IMG/VR virus record: IMGVR_UViG_3300017766_003306
Coordinates: 5,587-69,586 of that record
DNA length: 64,000 nt
Source: a virus
Taxonomy: Duplodnaviria > Heunggongvirae > Uroviricota > Caudoviricetes
Strand: one strand, 5' to 3'
Shown: positions 1 to 9,520 of the stretch, one piece after another
Layout: every line of letters begins with the position of its first letter
Numbering within the stretch: position 1 is the stretch's first letter
The notes under the pieces: generated by a model
Told to the model about the DNA's origin: nothing
Database searches by the model: none
The model's input: the letters and a program-made list of their open reading frames with translations, nothing else
Made by a program: the position numbers and the translations under genes

Positions 1-61
1 TAAAGTTTACTCAGGATGATGTACTGGATGAGCTGAATCCTGATTTAGGAGGTATCGACTA

Positions 62-385
62 ATGCCTTTTAATCAGTATATCGTTGCTATCAGCACAGGT
101 TTTAGAGAGTATAGGAATACTAGGTATTATTTCTTCAAAAGCCTTACGAAAGCTAAAGCGTTTACGCATGATGTTTTAGGTAGAGGGTACTTTAGATGTA
201 CAGGCAGTATGAGCTTTGCGTTTACCCAATATGCTAAAGAGTATTCAGGTGGAAATGTTACTGGATATCTGTATAGCTTATTAGGGTGCCATGCTGTCCC
301 GTTTTATAGAAAGTTTGAGGGTAAATTACCTGAAAACGGTACAGAAATGTTATTTGAAAATGAAGTATGGAAAGTGAAAGGTTAA
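62..385 (+). CDS. hypothetical early protein
   Basis: 107-aa ORF preceded by AGGAGG RBS (49-54); + strand co-oriented block of small ORFs. Confidence 0.4.
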   Translation: MPFNQYIVAISTGFREYRNTRYYFFKSLTKAKAFTHDVLGRGYFRCTGSMSFAFTQYAKEYSGGNVTGYLYSLLGCHAVPFYRKFEGKLPENGTEMLFENEVWKVKG

Positions 386-387
386 TT

Positions 388-651
388 ATGAATAAACAAG
401 CAACGATCTTAGGTCTACCTATACATGAAAATTGTACTGTAGAAGGATTAGCAGTTTCAGCTATTTTTTCTTTAGCTATAGTTAGTCAGGAAGAACCTAT
501 TACAGACAGTCAACGGGATCTTTTTGTAGGTATTCTTAGTGAATATCTATTAACAGGTGTACCTACTACTGATCAGTATAAATGTTCAACTACGGGTCAA
601 TGTGCTACGGAGCATTTTGAAGAGTTTGCTAAAGAGGTTGATAATGAATAA
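388..651 (+). CDS. hypothetical protein
   Basis: ORF track 367..651; ATG at 388 has AAAGG RBS; stop overlaps next start (ATGA at 644-651). Confidence 0.35.
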   Translation: MNKQATILGLPIHENCTVEGLAVSAIFSLAIVSQEEPITDSQRDLFVGILSEYLLTGVPTTDQYKCSTTGQCATEHFEEFAKEVDNE

Positions 652-1207
652 TCAAGAAGATACTCAAAACTCCGCCCCTTTTTCTGATAGTTTAGAAACT
701 CTTATAGAAAAGAAAACACGCCTAGATATTCTAAAAAATTCTTTAGAGAAGAAAAAGCAAGTCCTCGATTCTAGGTATGATGCTTACTTTGAAGACGTTA
801 AGCGAGGAAACGGACAGCCTATGAATGATAAACGTAACGGACAAGCTACACTTAATCGTTGGGATAGGAAGTCTAATAGTATTAGGTCTGCTGAAGAGGC
901 TATTAAGGTTACAGAAGAAGCTATTATAAAGCATGAGTATAGGGAGAAAGCGATAGAACGCACTAAATCTATTTTACCTGCCCCTCTACTCGATAGTCTT
1001 ACTTCGGGGGATATTAGGCAATGGCACAGGTTCCCTAATTACTTCTTTGTTAAAGGGGTAGAAAAAGGTCGATTCTTTTGGGATACAAAGACTAAGTGTA
1101 TTAGGCTTAAATATATGAGTCAGATCCCTAATAAAGAACAGAAGGATCTATTTATTTCTGTTGTTCGGCAATTAGATAAAGATATTAGAGATTTAGGGGC
1201 AGAGTAG
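644..1207 (+). CDS. hypothetical protein (charged, predicted helical)
   Basis: ORF track 557..1207; likely start ATG 644 (MNNQEDTQ...) after AAAGAGG RBS. Confidence 0.4.
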   Translation: MNNQEDTQNSAPFSDSLETLIEKKTRLDILKNSLEKKKQVLDSRYDAYFEDVKRGNGQPMNDKRNGQATLNRWDRKSNSIRSAEEAIKVTEEAIIKHEYREKAIERTKSILPAPLLDSLTSGDIRQWHRFPNYFFVKGVEKGRFFWDTKTKCIRLKYMSQIPNKEQKDLFISVVRQLDKDIRDLGAE

Positions 1208-1252
1208 TTTTTCTATCGTCATATAAATAGACTAGACCTGATATATTTCTGC

Positions 1253-1281
1253 TTGACTTATTATGTATTTTGGTTTATTAT
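1253..1281 (+). promoter_or_regulatory. sigma70-like promoter TTGACT-N17-TATTAT
   Basis: -35 TTGACT 1253-1258, 17-nt spacer, -10 TATTAT 1276-1281; conserved motif TTCTATCGTCATATAAAT 1211-1228 upstream. Confidence 0.55.
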
Positions 1282-1333
1282 TATATTATGAGCTTTTGTA
1301 TAGTTCAAAAATTACACAGAAAGGTTAATTTCT

Positions 1334-1618
1334 ATGACTAAACCCATAATTGCAACGAGCTTAGAGGGGATGTCTAATTCTTCTACTCCTTACAATATGT
1401 ATAAACCTAAAACAGCTACACTATACTGGCGTGTGCATGAGAGACAGCTACTCCCTTATGAGTTTTCGGGGAGTTATGTGGACGTTCGTAGGTATGCTGA
1501 GAAGATAGCTAAGGAGCATAATTTAGTAGTTGATGAGTATGTATTCACAACGCCTAAAGCTTCTCAACCTGTTCACCCCCCTAAATCGTTTTACATTGAT
1601 TTGATTATAAAAGTATAA
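1334..1618 (+). CDS. hypothetical protein
   Basis: 94-aa ORF, AAAGG RBS, downstream of promoter. Confidence 0.4.
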   Translation: MTKPIIATSLEGMSNSSTPYNMYKPKTATLYWRVHERQLLPYEFSGSYVDVRRYAEKIAKEHNLVVDEYVFTTPKASQPVHPPKSFYIDLIIKV

Positions 1619-1630
1619 GGAAAATTAACT

Positions 1631-1882
1631 ATGGAAACTATTATCAGGTACGGAAAAGATCAGCAAACTAGAAAGTATTTTGAAACTTTAGATGAAGCTA
1701 TTAAAGAAGCGGTGTATATTTTAACGAACGAATCTACTAAACATATATACCAAGACACTAGATTAGTGACCTTTTATAGTGTTGCAGGAGGATCAGAAGG
1801 TGAGTGTATCGGGTCTTCTTTCGTAGATATTCACGGTAAACTACATAAAGTGTGTACGTTAAATATATTAAAGGTGGATTAG
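1631..1882 (+). CDS. hypothetical protein
   Basis: 83-aa ORF, AAGGAAA RBS. Confidence 0.4.
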   Translation: METIIRYGKDQQTRKYFETLDEAIKEAVYILTNESTKHIYQDTRLVTFYSVAGGSEGECIGSSFVDIHGKLHKVCTLNILKVD

Positions 1883-1883
1883 T

Positions 1884-2078
1884 ATGTTAGTTGAAGACCT
1901 TATAGAATTATTAGAAGAGTATAGGGGTTTAGAAATGCCTGTATACATCAACGGCGGAAACCCTAAACAAGTTAGAGTCGTTACAGATGTTATAGGGTTT
2001 TGTATAGAAACAGACCCTTGCAAAGAGTACATTACGGATAAAGATATTATTATTTGGGAGGATTCTGAGGATGAGTAG
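1884..2078 (+). CDS. hypothetical protein
   Basis: 64-aa ORF, GGTGGA RBS; stop overlaps ATG 2071 of next gene. Confidence 0.35.
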   Translation: MLVEDLIELLEEYRGLEMPVYINGGNPKQVRVVTDVIGFCIETDPCKEYITDKDIIIWEDSEDE

Positions 2079-2741
2079 TACACAACGCGGATATAGCCGT
2101 CATAAATCAGATTACTATGTGACCCCTGATTGGATTATTGATGAGCTATTTGATCATATTCATGAACTTTTTGAAGAACTAGACGGACGAATTGCCTTAG
2201 ACCCTTGCTCGGGGGGGGTAGCGTGAACGGTAGCTCAGTATTTTCTATGCCTTATGTTGAGGCTCTACGTCGTAACGGTTGGGAGACAGTGCATACATTA
2301 GATATTCGGCAAGACTCTTTAGCTGATATTAAGGAAGACTTCTTAACTTGGGATAACCCTGATAACATAGACTACGACTTAATAATTACAAACCCCCCGT
2401 TCTTACACGCTGAAAGCATAATCAGGAAAGCTTTAGCCTTAGTAGACTCTGAAAGTGGTAAAGTTATCATGCTACAACGGCTCAACTTCTTAGGGAGTGC
2501 AGAGAGAGACGACTTCTTCACTAAGTACCCCCCTAGTCGGATAATCGTACACGCTAAGCGTCCTTCTTTTGGGGGGATACAGCTAGAAGATGATGGGTCT
2601 ATCAACGTAACGAACAAAGGTAAGAATACTACCGATTCAATAGAGTATGCCCACTTTATTTGGGACAATACAGATAAGTCAGGAAATACGAGGTTTACTC
2701 GTATTAGGGCTGATTATTCTAAACTAAAGAAACAGAGGTAA
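2071..2741 (+). CDS. DNA methyltransferase (N6-adenine/N4-cytosine class), reading frame interrupted at a G8 homopolymer (2211-2218)
   Basis: Frame-1 ORF ATG 2071..TGA 2226 encodes MSSTQRGYSRHKSDYYVTPDWIIDELFDHIHELFEELDGRIALDPCSGGVA (AdoMet motif I-like DPCSGGG). Frame-0 ORF 2205..2741 carries catalytic motif IV (TNPPF). A 9th G would fuse both into one ~226-aa protein. Confidence 0.6.
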
Positions 2742-2743
2742 GT

Positions 2744-3037
2744 ATGCCTAAGAAAGCTAATAATTTTCAACCTTTTGAAGGAACTCATCCCCCTTATGAG
2801 ATCCCTGAAAAAAATAAACGAAACTTTGAAAAGTGGTTAAAAATATGCAGAAAGTATATGCCTGATGAGCCTATGACTTGTGAGTACGAAAAAGAAAAAG
2901 AGAGGGTGGATGAGTATTCTATTCTCTCTAATTCTTATATCGTTACTTTCGGGAGAGATAAGCTAACGTTTAAAGATGTTTTGACTTATAGAATAGGTAA
3001 CTCTAGTGTTAGCTATTATAACTGTAAACCTATTTAA
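2744..3037 (+). CDS. hypothetical protein
   Basis: 97-aa ORF immediately after MTase stop. Confidence 0.35.
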   Translation: MPKKANNFQPFEGTHPPYEIPEKNKRNFEKWLKICRKYMPDEPMTCEYEKEKERVDEYSILSNSYIVTFGRDKLTFKDVLTYRIGNSSVSYYNCKPI

Positions 3038-3083
3038 AACTTATACGATCGTATAAATACTGTATTCCGCTTTTATTCTTACT

Positions 3084-3112
3084 TGACTTTATGATTATTT
3101 TAGTCTATTATT
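3084..3112 (+). promoter_or_regulatory. sigma70-like promoter TTGACT-N17-TATTAT with upstream palindrome TATACGATCGTATA (3046-3059)
   Basis: -35 3084-3089, -10 3107-3112; ~120-nt promoter/leader cassette nearly repeated at 8200-8320. Confidence 0.55.
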
Positions 3113-3160
3113 AAAGTATGAAAACAAGTTAGTTTTCAACAATTAAACGGAGATTATTTT

Positions 3161-3784
3161 ATGCAAGAAACATTACCTAAGATTAGTTATTACGGCTTTA
3201 GACGTTACGACGAAGGCATAACAACGCCTTGGGGTGAATCTCAAGGGGGAGAGATAGTCTTTGAATACGACAACGAAACAAAAGAGAAGACTAGGGTATT
3301 AGAGCGTCATTACACAGCAGGACACGGCGGAGTAAAGGTCTATAAAGACTATCAGAAGTATCTTCCTAAAGGTCTTCGTAAGACTTGGTTAGAAGAAGAT
3401 TGTGAGTTTCCTGCTATTGCGTGGATGCCTAGAGATATATTCAAAACCTTCTATGAGACTTATAGTAGGTCAGCTATTAGTGACTCTGAGTTAGACCTAG
3501 TAATTAAAGACTGGAAAGCGTCTGTACTCAGTTGGCTCCCTGATGTTGAAAAACCTATCAAACAAACCCTTATGCCTAAACTAGAAGTAGGTATGTTTAT
3601 TAAGCTTACGACTACTAGCTACGGATTTACAGGAGAAACACCTAATACTGTTTTTCAAGTAGCAGAGACAGGCAGTCGTCTTAGGTTTTACGATAAAAGG
3701 ACAGGGCGTAAAGTTCGATTGAACGGTATTCGTAAAATCTTAAAAGAAGATAATTATACGATCGTAGAAAGTTGGGGTAGTTAA
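3161..3784 (+). CDS. hypothetical protein
   Basis: 207-aa ORF, GGAG RBS. Confidence 0.45.
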   Translation: MQETLPKISYYGFRRYDEGITTPWGESQGGEIVFEYDNETKEKTRVLERHYTAGHGGVKVYKDYQKYLPKGLRKTWLEEDCEFPAIAWMPRDIFKTFYETYSRSAISDSELDLVIKDWKASVLSWLPDVEKPIKQTLMPKLEVGMFIKLTTTSYGFTGETPNTVFQVAETGSRLRFYDKRTGRKVRLNGIRKILKEDNYTIVESWGS

Positions 3785-3952
3785 TATGGAAAAGTATTTC
3801 TGTAAACTGCCCGATTATTTTTACTCTTTTCAAGTCTATGATGTTAAGACTTTACAAGAAGCGAAGAAAGAGATTAGGCGTATGTGTGGGGGAAGACTCC
3901 CTAACGGTACAGAGTTTTGGTCTGAGTAGTTAATTAAGAAGGAGACTATATT

Positions 3953-4402
3953 ATGGGATGTGATATTCATATCGTGCAAGAGTTTAAGTATAAGGGTAAG
4001 TGGCTAGGTGCAAGACTCCTACATGGGAATAGAGATTATTCTTTCTTTGCTATTTTATGTGGCGTAAGAAAATACTATGAAACTTATGAGAATTGGAAGA
4101 GTATAGCAGAAGGCAGAGGTGTCCCAGAAGATGCAAGCGAATTGTCTAAGGCATTGAGTGAAGATTGGGGTAGTGATTTACATAGTGCAACCTACGCAAC
4201 CCCTTCAGAGATTATTCAAGCGGTAGAGTTCCTTAAAGCTCAGTTCCCTGATTTGCCCTATCTTCAACAAGATAACGGGAAGTTGTATAAGGACTTCATA
4301 GGGGTATATTACCCTAAAGAGGTTAGCGGTTTAGTTTCATTTGAAGGCGAACACCATAACCCTGACGAAGAAATTAGATATGTTATTTGGTTTGACAATT
4401 AA
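3953..4402 (+). CDS. hypothetical protein
   Basis: 149-aa ORF, AAGGAG RBS. Confidence 0.45.
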   Translation: MGCDIHIVQEFKYKGKWLGARLLHGNRDYSFFAILCGVRKYYETYENWKSIAEGRGVPEDASELSKALSEDWGSDLHSATYATPSEIIQAVEFLKAQFPDLPYLQQDNGKLYKDFIGVYYPKEVSGLVSFEGEHHNPDEEIRYVIWFDN

Positions 4403-4574
4403 GAAGGGTAAAAGTTATTATGAGTTCTAAAAAAGAAATGAAGCGTAGGTTAGATGAGATTGTGTACGAAAGACCTACTCCTACAGACAATACGTCAACC
4501 CAATTTAAAGACTCGGGGGACGGCTATAGCGGTACTCTAGCTTTGGGAGCTTTAATGTTATTACTTGCCGTAGC

Positions 4575-4838
4575 TTGTTTACTAGGGAGAGTTTAACTGT
4601 GTTTAAAGATTTTAAAATGTTCCCTGTATTTTGGGATACAGAAGCCTTATACACTATTCGTAACAAGAAAACTAATAGGGAATATAGTCATATGTACCCT
4701 ATCAAGCAAATATATAATACGGGTAGAGGTGAAATAGACTTACTCTTCGGGGATAATCATATTACTTTACGGATAACACAAGATGATTACTTTAATTGGG
4801 AAGTAAAGAAAACTAACGAGGGAGTATTGGGATGGTAA
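4575..4838 (+). CDS. hypothetical protein
   Basis: 87-aa ORF (alternative start ATG 4612). Confidence 0.3.
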   Translation: MFTRESLTVFKDFKMFPVFWDTEALYTIRNKKTNREYSHMYPIKQIYNTGRGEIDLLFGDNHITLRITQDDYFNWEVKKTNEGVLGW

Positions 4839-5110
4839 AGCCTCAACCACTTACATTCACTAAACGATGCGATCATTGCTTGTTTAGAAGTCGTAAGATT
4901 GTCGAAGATGAGAGGAAGCAAGAGATCATAGAGAATTGTATCGCTAATCAAAGTGCTTTCGTCTGTCACAAGACACACGATCTAGTATGCAAAGGGTTTG
5001 ATGACACGTTTCCGCTTGCTTCTCAAACACAAAGAATAGGTAAACGCTTAGGTCTTTGGAAGACTATTGATGAGGCTGAATACATGAAGACTAAGAAAGA
5101 AGGTAAATAA
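4832..5110 (+). CDS. hypothetical Cys-rich protein (CxxC...CHKTHDLVC, possible zinc finger)
   Basis: 92-aa ORF with 6 Cys in N-terminal 60 aa. Confidence 0.35.
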   Translation: MVKPQPLTFTKRCDHCLFRSRKIVEDERKQEIIENCIANQSAFVCHKTHDLVCKGFDDTFPLASQTQRIGKRLGLWKTIDEAEYMKTKKEGK

Positions 5111-5364
5111 TGAGCATTGTATACTTTGAAGTTGCCGATAATTTTATACTTAACTGTTCCCTAATGCCTTATATTTATTGGGGAGAAAGGAGTGTACATT
5201 TCGGTCAAACCCCTACTACTGCTCGGGCTATTGAACTGCACTCTGAAGAGATGGCTAGGAAATTATATTTAGATATTTTAGAGGCTTTAAAAGGGTCTAC
5301 TTCTCCCTATATGGGGGCAAAAGTGTTATCGTTTAGAAACTATCAAGACAAGGGAACGGTTTAA
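5110..5364 (+). CDS. hypothetical protein
   Basis: 84-aa ORF, start overlaps previous stop (TAATG). Confidence 0.35.
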   Translation: MSIVYFEVADNFILNCSLMPYIYWGERSVHFGQTPTTARAIELHSEEMARKLYLDILEALKGSTSPYMGAKVLSFRNYQDKGTV

Positions 5365-5828
5365 TTATGTACTACAAAATAACATACAACGGAGTAGAAG
5401 AACGGTTTAACTCTGTTGATAGTGCAAGTAAACGAGGCGAAGAATTGCTGAAACAGAAAGATGTAAAGTCTATTAGGGTTGAAGCTTTTGTGCATAATAG
5501 ACCAGACGCTAAGCCTGTTAGATACTACGATATGGAAAAGCCGTAAGGTAATCTCTATCGTCGTATACTTTATAGGATTAAGAGAGGGTGTAAACGTAGT
5601 GAACGTACATGAAAATAACCTTAGACTTCTCTATGAGAGCAATAAAGACAGTCCCAAACTTAGTAGGGAAGATCTTGAAGAGGCTATAAAAAGGCACGAC
5701 GAGGAAGAAGATCGGGACAGAGAAAGGACTAATTTTCAATTCTTTGCGATTATTCTAGGTTTCCCCCTTTTGGTCTTATTTGTATTTGTTATTCTAGTAT
5801 ATATACACTAGCCCCAACATAAAACACT

Positions 5829-5857
5829 TGACTTTTTGATTATTTTAGTCTATTATG
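5829..5857 (+). promoter_or_regulatory. sigma70-like promoter TTGACT-N17-TATTAT
   Basis: TTGACTTTTTGATTATTTTAGTCTATTAT nearly identical to promoter at 3084. Confidence 0.5.
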
Positions 5858-5909
5858 ATTATATACAAGCAAGTGTTTTTATTGTATAGTTTAACTTTAG
5901 GAGTAGTTT

Positions 5910-6098
5910 ATGAAAGACATTAAACAGCCCGTCCCTACTAAAGACGTGCTTAGATTAGTAAGTTTTGGCGTTGTGATTACAACGATGTTCGGGGTTGGAT
6001 ATGATGCAAGCTTTGAGCATACGCATCTTTGGGCTATGCTTGGAGTAATCGTTGGTTTATTTATTGTACTTGTTAGCTTTTGGGGAGATAGTTACTAA
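5910..6098 (+). CDS. hypothetical small membrane protein
   Basis: 62 aa, two hydrophobic helices, AGGAG RBS. Confidence 0.4.
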   Translation: MKDIKQPVPTKDVLRLVSFGVVITTMFGVGYDASFEHTHLWAMLGVIVGLFIVLVSFWGDSY

Positions 6099-6355
6099 TG
6101 CCTAAAAATAATAATCAAATTGACCTAAATAGTGCTATAGAGCGTAAGCTTAAACCTACAAAAGTAGGAGCAATCTACTTGGGTGGAGGGGAACACTTAA
6201 TTGAGTTCACATCAGGGGAAGAGATTATTACAGCTGATTATACAGGTGATTTTTGGTATGAGCAATTAAAAAGAATAAGAAAGCGAAAAAGTAATAGGGA
6301 AGTTCACGCTACAAGGCGTAAGAAAGGAAACGAAAGATGTTTAGAGAAGCAATAA
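6098..6355 (+). CDS. hypothetical basic protein
   Basis: 85-aa ORF, Lys/Arg-rich C-terminus. Confidence 0.35.
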   Translation: MPKNNNQIDLNSAIERKLKPTKVGAIYLGGGEHLIEFTSGEEIITADYTGDFWYEQLKRIRKRKSNREVHATRRKKGNERCLEKQ

Positions 6356-6367
6356 TCCCACAGGTGA

Positions 6368-6790
6368 ATGACAGTAATGCCGTTTGATGTAGCTAACGGC
6401 ATTACTGCTTATGCAGTTGGATTGTCAGGTTACTTAGTTCCAGCAGAGAAAGCTTTTGTGAACGAGCCGATCGGTGACTGGGAAGACTTTAAAGAAATTA
6501 CATTGTCCCCTAGTGCCATACTGAAACTCGCCCAAGCCCTGAATCCCCTTATCAAGGTGACTCCAAAGTTGCTTGAGGCTATGGAGAAAGCAATAGGGGC
6601 TAAGTTCTTAGGTGTTGAGCCTTGTGATTCTTTGATTCCTTTTTCAGTATGCACAGATGAGGAATACCCTTTTGATTTTGATTCTCATTTTACTGGTAAA
6701 GATTATTTGAAGAATCGATTTACGCATATAAAAGCCGATTTCCCCCTCGCTTTGCAGGTGTTGCTCGGCTTTACAGTGGAAGGTGTCTAA
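6368..6790 (+). CDS. hypothetical protein
   Basis: 140-aa ORF. Confidence 0.4.
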   Translation: MTVMPFDVANGITAYAVGLSGYLVPAEKAFVNEPIGDWEDFKEITLSPSAILKLAQALNPLIKVTPKLLEAMEKAIGAKFLGVEPCDSLIPFSVCTDEEYPFDFDSHFTGKDYLKNRFTHIKADFPLALQVLLGFTVEGV

Positions 6791-6792
6791 AG

Positions 6793-7209
6793 ATGATTAT
6801 AAAAAGTATTGATGCAATACAGGATGAAATGAACATCATTATAATTTCCTTCGAAGATAAAAATACGACAAATGATGATAGAGGATACTTTTTTTGGAGA
6901 ATGAGTAAACTTGTTAGAGATAACGCAAATAGGCACGTTGGAGAGTATATATTTAATACTTATTACCAAGAAAGTCTTAAAAAAATAAAAGAAAAATATC
7001 CTTACAAATTCCTAGAACTTGAACTGTATATCAATCGCCATGTGATGGAGATACTAGATAAAAATACTGATACTCGCCTTAACTACGCTAAATTGATAGA
7101 AAAATGTATAAGTACATTAAATGAGGAAAAAGGGGTATTACTAAACATTAGAACTTACATGAATTGCGAAGGTGATTGTGGAAAATGTAAGGTTTGTCTT
7201 AAAGAGTAA
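6793..7209 (+). CDS. hypothetical protein (C-terminal CEGDCGKCKVC cysteine cluster)
   Basis: 138-aa ORF. Confidence 0.4.
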   Translation: MIIKSIDAIQDEMNIIIISFEDKNTTNDDRGYFFWRMSKLVRDNANRHVGEYIFNTYYQESLKKIKEKYPYKFLELELYINRHVMEILDKNTDTRLNYAKLIEKCISTLNEEKGVLLNIRTYMNCEGDCGKCKVCLKE

Positions 7210-7249
7210 ACCTTTATACCTAATCTTACAACGGAAGGAGTGACGAAAG

Positions 7250-7681
7250 ATGCTAATTGAGTACGGAAGTTTCTTAATAGATGCTGATTCTATTAAATTA
7301 AGAGCGGAAGAGTGGTCGGAAAGTTACTACGAAAGAGAGTACAGCGAAGGTCAGTTAATACTAGAAGTTGACATAAAAGGATACACAAAAGACCACCCTG
7401 ATTGTGATGAGATTTATAGGGATATTTTCAATACGGAATGCGTACATCATCCTGTAGATACAAGAGAGACCTTAATAGAAGAAGACTGTAGTTCTTTTAT
7501 TGCAGATATAAACAAGCATAGATGCCCTTGCTATGTGGAGAATTGGGGATTTGATGGTCGCTTAGATTCTGCTATTTCAGATAAAGTGGGGGAAGATATT
7601 GAATACGGCAGACTCCCTGAAGTATTAAAAACGTATATAGAACTAAAAGAGTTAGTGATTGCTAAGCTTAAAGAAGGATAG
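7250..7681 (+). CDS. hypothetical protein
   Basis: 143-aa ORF, GGAGTGA RBS. Confidence 0.4.
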   Translation: MLIEYGSFLIDADSIKLRAEEWSESYYEREYSEGQLILEVDIKGYTKDHPDCDEIYRDIFNTECVHHPVDTRETLIEEDCSSFIADINKHRCPCYVENWGFDGRLDSAISDKVGEDIEYGRLPEVLKTYIELKELVIAKLKEG

Positions 7682-7686
7682 ATACT

Positions 7687-8187
7687 ATGAGTGATATTTA
7701 TTTTGAAGACTTAGAAAAATCACTAGAAAACATATATTTAGGAGACTACGGATTAAACCTCAAAATGGTAAAAGAAGATGCTTTAAGGATAAAAAATCTG
7801 TATTATGATCCTGATATAGAAATACGCAAAATGTTACTATTTTTCTTTCCTTCTCTTTTAGTATTTGATGGGGATTTCAGCATAGGTAGATTTGAGTATT
7901 TAGAAAAAAGATACCGAATAGGTTTCCTATTAGATGTCAAAGAGAAGAGAGTGTGCCAAGACTTAATAGATATGTCGGGTACGAGTATAGAAACTGCCAT
8001 AAAAAGAATATCAGAATATGCACAAGATACTTGGAACTCATCAAATCACCGACACGCACCTTTTATTGACTCCGTATTTGCGTTGATGCCCAGTCTAATG
8101 GCTGATAAGGATGGGCGTAGTATGTTTAATGTGTACGAATACTTCACCAATAAAAACGAAGTGGACAGGATTGTTTTCAGTCGTTAA
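7687..8187 (+). CDS. hypothetical protein
   Basis: 166-aa ORF. Confidence 0.4.
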   Translation: MSDIYFEDLEKSLENIYLGDYGLNLKMVKEDALRIKNLYYDPDIEIRKMLLFFFPSLLVFDGDFSIGRFEYLEKRYRIGFLLDVKEKRVCQDLIDMSGTSIETAIKRISEYAQDTWNSSNHRHAPFIDSVFALMPSLMADKDGRSMFNVYEYFTNKNEVDRIVFSR

Positions 8188-8243
8188 TTGATTGGTATAG
8201 TTTTCTATCGTCGTATAAATAACGTATTCCGATTTATTTCTGC

Positions 8244-8272
8244 TTGACTTTATGAATATAATGTTTTATAAT
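8244..8272 (+). promoter_or_regulatory. sigma70-like promoter TTGACT-N17-TATAAT
   Basis: -35 8244-8249, -10 TATAAT 8267-8272; motif TTCTATCGTCGTATAAAT 8203-8220 upstream; leader shares GAAAACAAGT(T)AGTTTTC hairpin and GGAGATTA RBS with leader at 3120-3160. Confidence 0.6.
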
Positions 8273-8320
8273 GAATACATGAAAACAAGTAGTTTTCTTA
8301 AATTAAATGGAGATTAAGTT

Positions 8321-8959
8321 ATGGGAAATCGTTTAAGCATCGGTGTTAAAGGTGCTAAAAAATCTATTTATATGCAGTGGCAAGGGGGTCGAGGTAGTCA
8401 ATTAGCGTTTTTAGATGAAGCGTTCAAACGGTATTATGAAAGCTTTGCTATGAATCATTCCCCTGATACTTTCATAGATACTTTGTACTGGACTATCTCT
8501 AATTATATGTCTGACGGTAACGTGTCTCCTTTGACTCTTTACTTGCATAATAAGCTAATTCGTACAGATCAAGATAACTGTCATATTGAAATAGATATGC
8601 CCCACGATACAGCTATGGATTGCAGACGTACTCCTGATTCTACTAGCTTAGTTGACGCTTTGCCTCAAATTAAGATCAATAGCTTCACCTACGAACAGCT
8701 TAGAGAGTCTGTCTTAGCAGGTAAAGATCGTAAGGAAGACACTACTGCTAACTATGAGTATAAAAACTATGTAGGTATTTCTGATTATTATAAAGAGTTA
8801 GAAATCGCTCAAAGGTTTTTAAATACTAGCAATTTCATTCTCCCTGAATATATGAGACCTTATCAGACAGAGTTTGTAGAGCTACTTAAGAAAATCAGGC
8901 TAGAAGGCGTTGCTGAAGCTGAGGCTAAAGTTAATAGTGCTAAGATCTTAGAGGTATAA
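8321..8959 (+). CDS. hypothetical protein
   Basis: 212-aa ORF behind repeated promoter/leader cassette. Confidence 0.45.
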   Translation: MGNRLSIGVKGAKKSIYMQWQGGRGSQLAFLDEAFKRYYESFAMNHSPDTFIDTLYWTISNYMSDGNVSPLTLYLHNKLIRTDQDNCHIEIDMPHDTAMDCRRTPDSTSLVDALPQIKINSFTYEQLRESVLAGKDRKEDTTANYEYKNYVGISDYYKELEIAQRFLNTSNFILPEYMRPYQTEFVELLKKIRLEGVAEAEAKVNSAKILEV

Positions 8960-8960
8960 A

Positions 8961-9185
8961 ATGTACAATACCGCTAAGTGGGTAGCTGTAGTTATTGGTG
9001 TATTTGTAGTTCTTGATTTAGCGTATGCGTTTCACCCCTCTACTAAACTAAAAGAGGGGGAGAGCGTAGACTTATCGCCACTAGGCATACTTACTCGAAT
9101 GTATAAAGGGTTTTTGATTATTCTTCATATCGCTTGTATTGGGTTAGTTTTGAATGTGGTCATAAGTTCTTGTTTAGGTATTTAA
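8961..9185 (+). CDS. hypothetical membrane protein
   Basis: 74 aa, two TM helices. Confidence 0.35.
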   Translation: MYNTAKWVAVVIGVFVVLDLAYAFHPSTKLKEGESVDLSPLGILTRMYKGFLIILHIACIGLVLNVVISSCLGI

Positions 9186-9211
9186 TTATTATTGAGAAAG
9201 GTTATTTTATT

Positions 9212-9442
9212 ATGGCATTAACTATTAGTCATCAATCAGCCTTATTTACAGCAGGTGTATTTTGTGTAAATACTTGTTTCACATTACAGACCCCTGACTT
9301 CACAGGGTATGCTACTACAGGGAACAGCATATTTATTGACCCTACAGATGATCGTCCTTCTAAACAATTCTTACATGAAGAATGGGATAGTGAAGGTGAA
9401 CTCGTTGATACGATGCACGCTATATACGAAGGGTTTTTTTAA
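9212..9442 (+). CDS. hypothetical protein
   Basis: ORF track 9134..9442; ATG 9212 (MALTISHQ) has GAGAAAGG RBS. Confidence 0.3.
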   Translation: MALTISHQSALFTAGVFCVNTCFTLQTPDFTGYATTGNSIFIDPTDDRPSKQFLHEEWDSEGELVDTMHAIYEGFF

Positions 9443-9487
9443 GTCTTTCTAGTTTCTGAGTTTAAGTTTTATTTCGGTGCATAATTA

Positions 9488-9520
9488 CCCCCTTAGTTTT
9501 TAGCTGAGGGGATTTTTTTA
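9488..9520 (+). terminator. rho-independent terminator ending the + strand early block
   Basis: CCCCCTTAG...CTGAGGGG hairpin followed by ATTTTTTTA. Confidence 0.55.

Noticed and set aside
5479-5811. 110-aa ORF as called by the track
   Set aside because: The N-terminal 40 codons overlap the preceding small gene (5367..5546) and the intergenic 18-bp motif. The real gene more likely starts at GTG about 5597 after an AGAGAGGG RBS.
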